A DNA stretch of 64,000 bases, from assembly GCF_964188315.1 (NCBI RefSeq), contig NC_135662.1:57226001-57290000 (forward strand), read 5' to 3'. The translations under genes were made by a program, and so were the position numbers. This document shows, in pieces, positions 60,051-64,000 of this stretch; the first letter of the stretch is position 1; each line of letters opens with the position of its first letter. The notes beneath the pieces were generated by a model, which was not told the origin of the DNA, did no database searches, and saw nothing but the letters and a program-made list of their open reading frames with translations. This DNA is from Podarcis muralis. Taxonomy: Eukaryota.

Positions 60051-63000
60051 ATGGAAGAGAACAAGCATCCATATACACTGATAAATGTTATAGGAGGCAC
60101 AAATGGAGTATATGAAGACCATGTGGAGTTTCTGGAGAAACATTTTAAGCTCATTACCATGAAGGAATTTACTGAAAACAAGCAAGATCTTAGTCATAAA
60201 ATCAAAGCAATTTTTATGTGGTTTCACAAACCAGTGGTTGACAGGGATCTCCTGCAAAGCTTGCCTAATTTAAAGGTGATTGCAAACTGTGGCGTAGGCG
60301 TGGATCACTTGGACCTAAAACTGATCTCCAGCTTTGGCGTGAAAGTAGCAAACACCCCATTCGCAGTTTCCAATCCTACAGCAGACTTGGGGATGGCTTT
60401 GATGCTGGCTTCTGCCAGGAGGATTGTGGAAGGTACACTTTAGCTTTCCAATTAACTTGATTTAAAACACGGTGTGAATGCAACTGATTATGTATGGGTT
60501 TCTGTGCTTAAAAGTCATAGAGTGATCAGATAAAGGAAATTATTAAATGTCGTTTGTTGATAAAAAACATTTCCAAACAAATCCACCCTAGAAAACATAT
60601 TTGGTCTTACAAAACACCTGTCCTGTAATTACAGTCTATTGGATTTTGCAAACAATTTCTTGGACGAGGAAGTTTTTTTCTCATGGTCTACAAGCGCTTG
60701 ATTATATAGGCCTATAATCAGAATTAGGCATGTGCAGAGAGGTCTATCTGTAAAATGTCAACATAGTCAGCAGAATGTCTGTATAGGTTGGAGAATGCCT
60801 TGTTGAACTAGCAAACACATGGATAAACCTGTTCTACATCATTTCCAATATACATAAAATATACAGCCTAGCTGCTGAATACTGAAAGTGGGTCACAGAT
60901 AATTGCACTCCCACAGATGTTTGATTTTGATCCACTCGCACAGGTATCCTTTGAAGGATGTGATGACATCCTGCTGTTGGTAGAACTATATCTTCATATC
61001 TGTTAATTTTATATATTTATACTACGTTCCAGCTCAGATTAAGAACTCCCACAGGCAAGTTCACAACAGTCCATGTCTTAGTTCGCAAAATCAGAGAGCA
61101 GTGAAAGACAAAGTAAAATGTTTAGAACAAAAATAATAGCTAGCAAGATTAAAACACACTGGTATCATGACATAATAAAAATGTCTTAATTGTCAAAAAG
61201 AGGAGGGGGGCAGATAAACAGCCCTATGGAGAGATTTCCATAATTGGGGTTCTGTCAATGAAAAGGCCCTACCCCAAACATCCCCACCAATCACTCCTCG
61301 GATGAGTATAACTATATTTGGGCTAAAAAGGTGTGTGCCTTCAAGGAAGATTTGGGACCTGGTATGTAGTATTTTAGAAATCAAAGCAGTTGTTGTTGTT
61401 CAAATACAGCTCAGAGCTCTTAAAACCAGAGCAATTTTCCAAGTTGGGATGGGCATCACACCGTATGTTTGTTAGCTGATCTCCTAAAACACTGCAAACC
61501 CTCATTTTCTTTTGTCTGTCTGAATTTCTAGGTCATCAGATTGCAGTTTCTCCTGACACTAAATGTTTTATGGCTGACTGGTTAGGAGAAGAAATTAACA
61601 GTGCAACGCTGGGGATCATTGGAATGGGTGCTATTGGGTACAAAGTGGCCCAGAGAGCCAGAGCTTTTGAAATGAACATTCTTTATCATAATAGGAACCG
61701 GAGGTAAACCTCTGCCTGATCTCGGTGTTTTAATCTGATTTTACCCACCTGTTAACTTTAGCATTTATTTTGTGACTGTCTGCATTAATCCATTGTGCTT
61801 TAACTGAGTTTCCCTGGACTGCCTAAACATTTACTGTGAATGTTAATGGAGTACCTATTAAACAAGGCCTACTTCTCTGAGAAGTGACAAGGTCATGAGT
61901 AGGAATAGAAAGATCTGTCAATTTCCATTCTTTCAGTTTTTCAATCTTACATTTGGTTCTCTATATCTCTGCAACAATTGGGGAATTATTACTTTTTAAT
62001 TTTCCTCATGAGAATTCATCAGTATTATAATGCAAATTTTCCTGGGTGAAGACATTTTGGATTAAAGTACACATTTTTGCAAGCAATTTTTCCTAACACA
62101 ATGCAGTTTTAATGTTAGTTTAACTAATATATTCAGTTTTATGCACACTTTCTCCTAATATACAGTATTCATTTTTGCTAACATTGTTTGTGCATTGCAC
62201 AATTCAGACAAGTACAAATTCCCAAGGATAGCTGTATTTTCATTTCACCAATCCTTTCTAATATCATCTCCATGTCTAGTCACTGGGCTGGTCTTACTTA
62301 GGTTTGATTAGTTTTGGAAGGAAGAGGTCACGGGGGACTTAAGGTGTTTTGGTAATATCTGGGTTTGTTTACAAATATAAAATGTGATCGTAGGTGGAAG
62401 CAGATAGCACAGGACATCCATAGGGAAGAAGTTTTCCCAAATGCTTTTTTCACTTACAGCTCGGCTGTTTTACTGTCCCCCCCCACCGCCTCCTCCAAAA
62501 TCCTGCCTTTTTACACACCTTAGCTGGGAGGAGGAAGAAATAGCACTTATTCCGCCCCCCCCCCCCAGCTCCTCATAAATTTCTGTTTTGTAGCCCTGAA
62601 TGCTGGTTGTGACTCGGAGACATTCTTGCAACCTCCCTTCTCCCAAAAAGGATGTATATTGCTGGTACACTAGCTTTAATTTGGCAAAAGCACTTCTAGG
62701 TAGGGTTGCTATATTTCAAAATGTGAAAATCTGGACACCTTTTTTTTTTTTTTTTTGCAAAGTTGTTGAGATAGTTTTGGGATTTTTTTTGGCCAGCTTT
62801 TTTTCCCCAAAGTCTCAAAAAAAGAAGATGTTTTGAACTATTATAAAGGAAATTAACCAAAATTTACACTTCTGACATGGGTTGCCATATGTCCGGATGT
62901 TCCCGGACCTGTTTCCTATAGCCGAATCCCAGCTATGTCCGGGAAATTCCGGACGTATGGCAACTCCTGTCACCTGTATATCCAGAGGTAATGCTGGTTC

Positions 63001-64000
63001 CAGGAGAACGCCCAAAAAATGTACAGTTCCATCCAGAAGAACCTGAAAGTTTGTTCCTGGATTAGTAGTTCCACTCCTAGTTTGTATCTTCATTAAAAAA
63101 AAAAAGTTTCAGTTTATTATTAGTCCTTCACTGATCCTTGACAAAAGGTTCAGCAATTTGTTGGGAAAGGAAAGAAAGAACTAGGTATCATCTGTATATT
63201 GCTGACACTAAAACTCACATCCCCAGATGACATCTCCTGGTGGTTTCATGAAAATGTTTAACGACAATCTACCGTATGTGCTATTTTTGTTAAATGCTTA
63301 ACTAGAGCTAAATGTTTGTTTCCTGCAGGAATGAGGCTGATGAACAGGCTGTTGGTGCTGTTTATTGCCCAAAGTTGGAAGACTTACTCCAGCGTTCTGA
63401 CTTTGTCATACTGACTGTGAACCTGTCACCTCAAACACAAAAACTGATTGGAAGAAAGGAGTTGGAACTCATGAAACCCACTGCTACTCTTATCAACATC
63501 TCTAGAGGTAGGATACTGAATCATGTTTGGGCAGTAAACCACATTTTCCTGGAAAGAGGCTCTAGACTGACAACGCTCCATTACTTTGTGGGGGTCAACA
63601 CACAAGAATGAGAGATGTTGGGAGAAATCATGTCATCTCCAGCAACTGTCCACTGCACTTGTTTCAGGAGATTAGTCTCCTCCTTTTTAGGCACTGTAGA
63701 GCTAGATAAGCCTCTCCCAACCTGGTGTCCTTAAAATGTTTTGGAGCACAAATCTCATCCATTCCAGCAGGCAGCATAGAGTGGTCCATGGGTAAGGGGT
63801 TATGGGAGTTCTAGCCCAAACCTGGAGGGCACCAGATTGGGAAAGACTGAGGTAGATTGGAACAGATACTGGACACACACTATCGTTCTGCAGAAATCTT
63901 GGCTGATGGCATTTCTATATTGCTGTCTATATTGCAGTCTATGTTTTGGTTCAAATGAAACAGTACGATTTTTCATTTAGGTCAAGTGGTTGATCAAGAT
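60051..64000 (+). CDS. D-isomer-specific 2-hydroxyacid dehydrogenase (GRHPR-like), copy C, 3' end beyond window
   Basis: Coding exons 60051-60432, 61532-61703, 63329-63507 (382/172/179 nt) and start of next exon at 63981 (GQVVDQD); GT-AG, in frame; GIIGMGAIG, INISRG. Confidence 0.92.
62701..62968. mobile_element. hAT-Blackjack-like MITE remnants
   Basis: TAGGGTTGCTATATTTCAA...TCTGGACAC start similar to 39056; inner GGGTTGCCATATGTCCGG...CCGGACGTATGGCAAC inverted unit. Confidence 0.6.

Noticed and set aside
37520-64000. Assigning the symbol GRHPR to the dehydrogenase genes
   Set aside because: Exon structure, sequence motifs and synteny differ from true GRHPR as I recall it; only family-level similarity is supported.

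Overview
Squamate reptile (lizard-like, from Sauria-type SINEs) genomic window syntenic with human 18q23. It contains three coding exons of SLC66A2/PQLC1 (- strand, runs off the left end), complete HSBP1L1 (+, with a U12-type AT-AC intron) and complete TXNL4A (-). Next comes a tandem cluster of three diverged D-2-hydroxyacid dehydrogenase genes (GRHPR/2-ketogluconate-reductase-like, +; copies A and B complete, copy C runs off the right end), where human has no such gene next to TXNL4A. Intron 3 of copy A holds a 6,562-bp, intact, very young Ty3/gypsy (Tf1/sushi-type chromovirus) LTR retrotransposon. The element has a self-priming PBS, a GGGAAAC/pseudoknot -1 frameshift signal, a chromodomain lacking its aromatic cage, and a pol ORF that runs ~366 aa past the chromodomain through all of the 3' LTR U3. 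The rest is intronic/intergenic DNA with SINEs, LINE fragments, hAT and Tc1/mariner-type MITEs and microsatellites. Exon coordinates, translations and alignments were done by eye. Family comparisons are from recalled sequences, not database searches.
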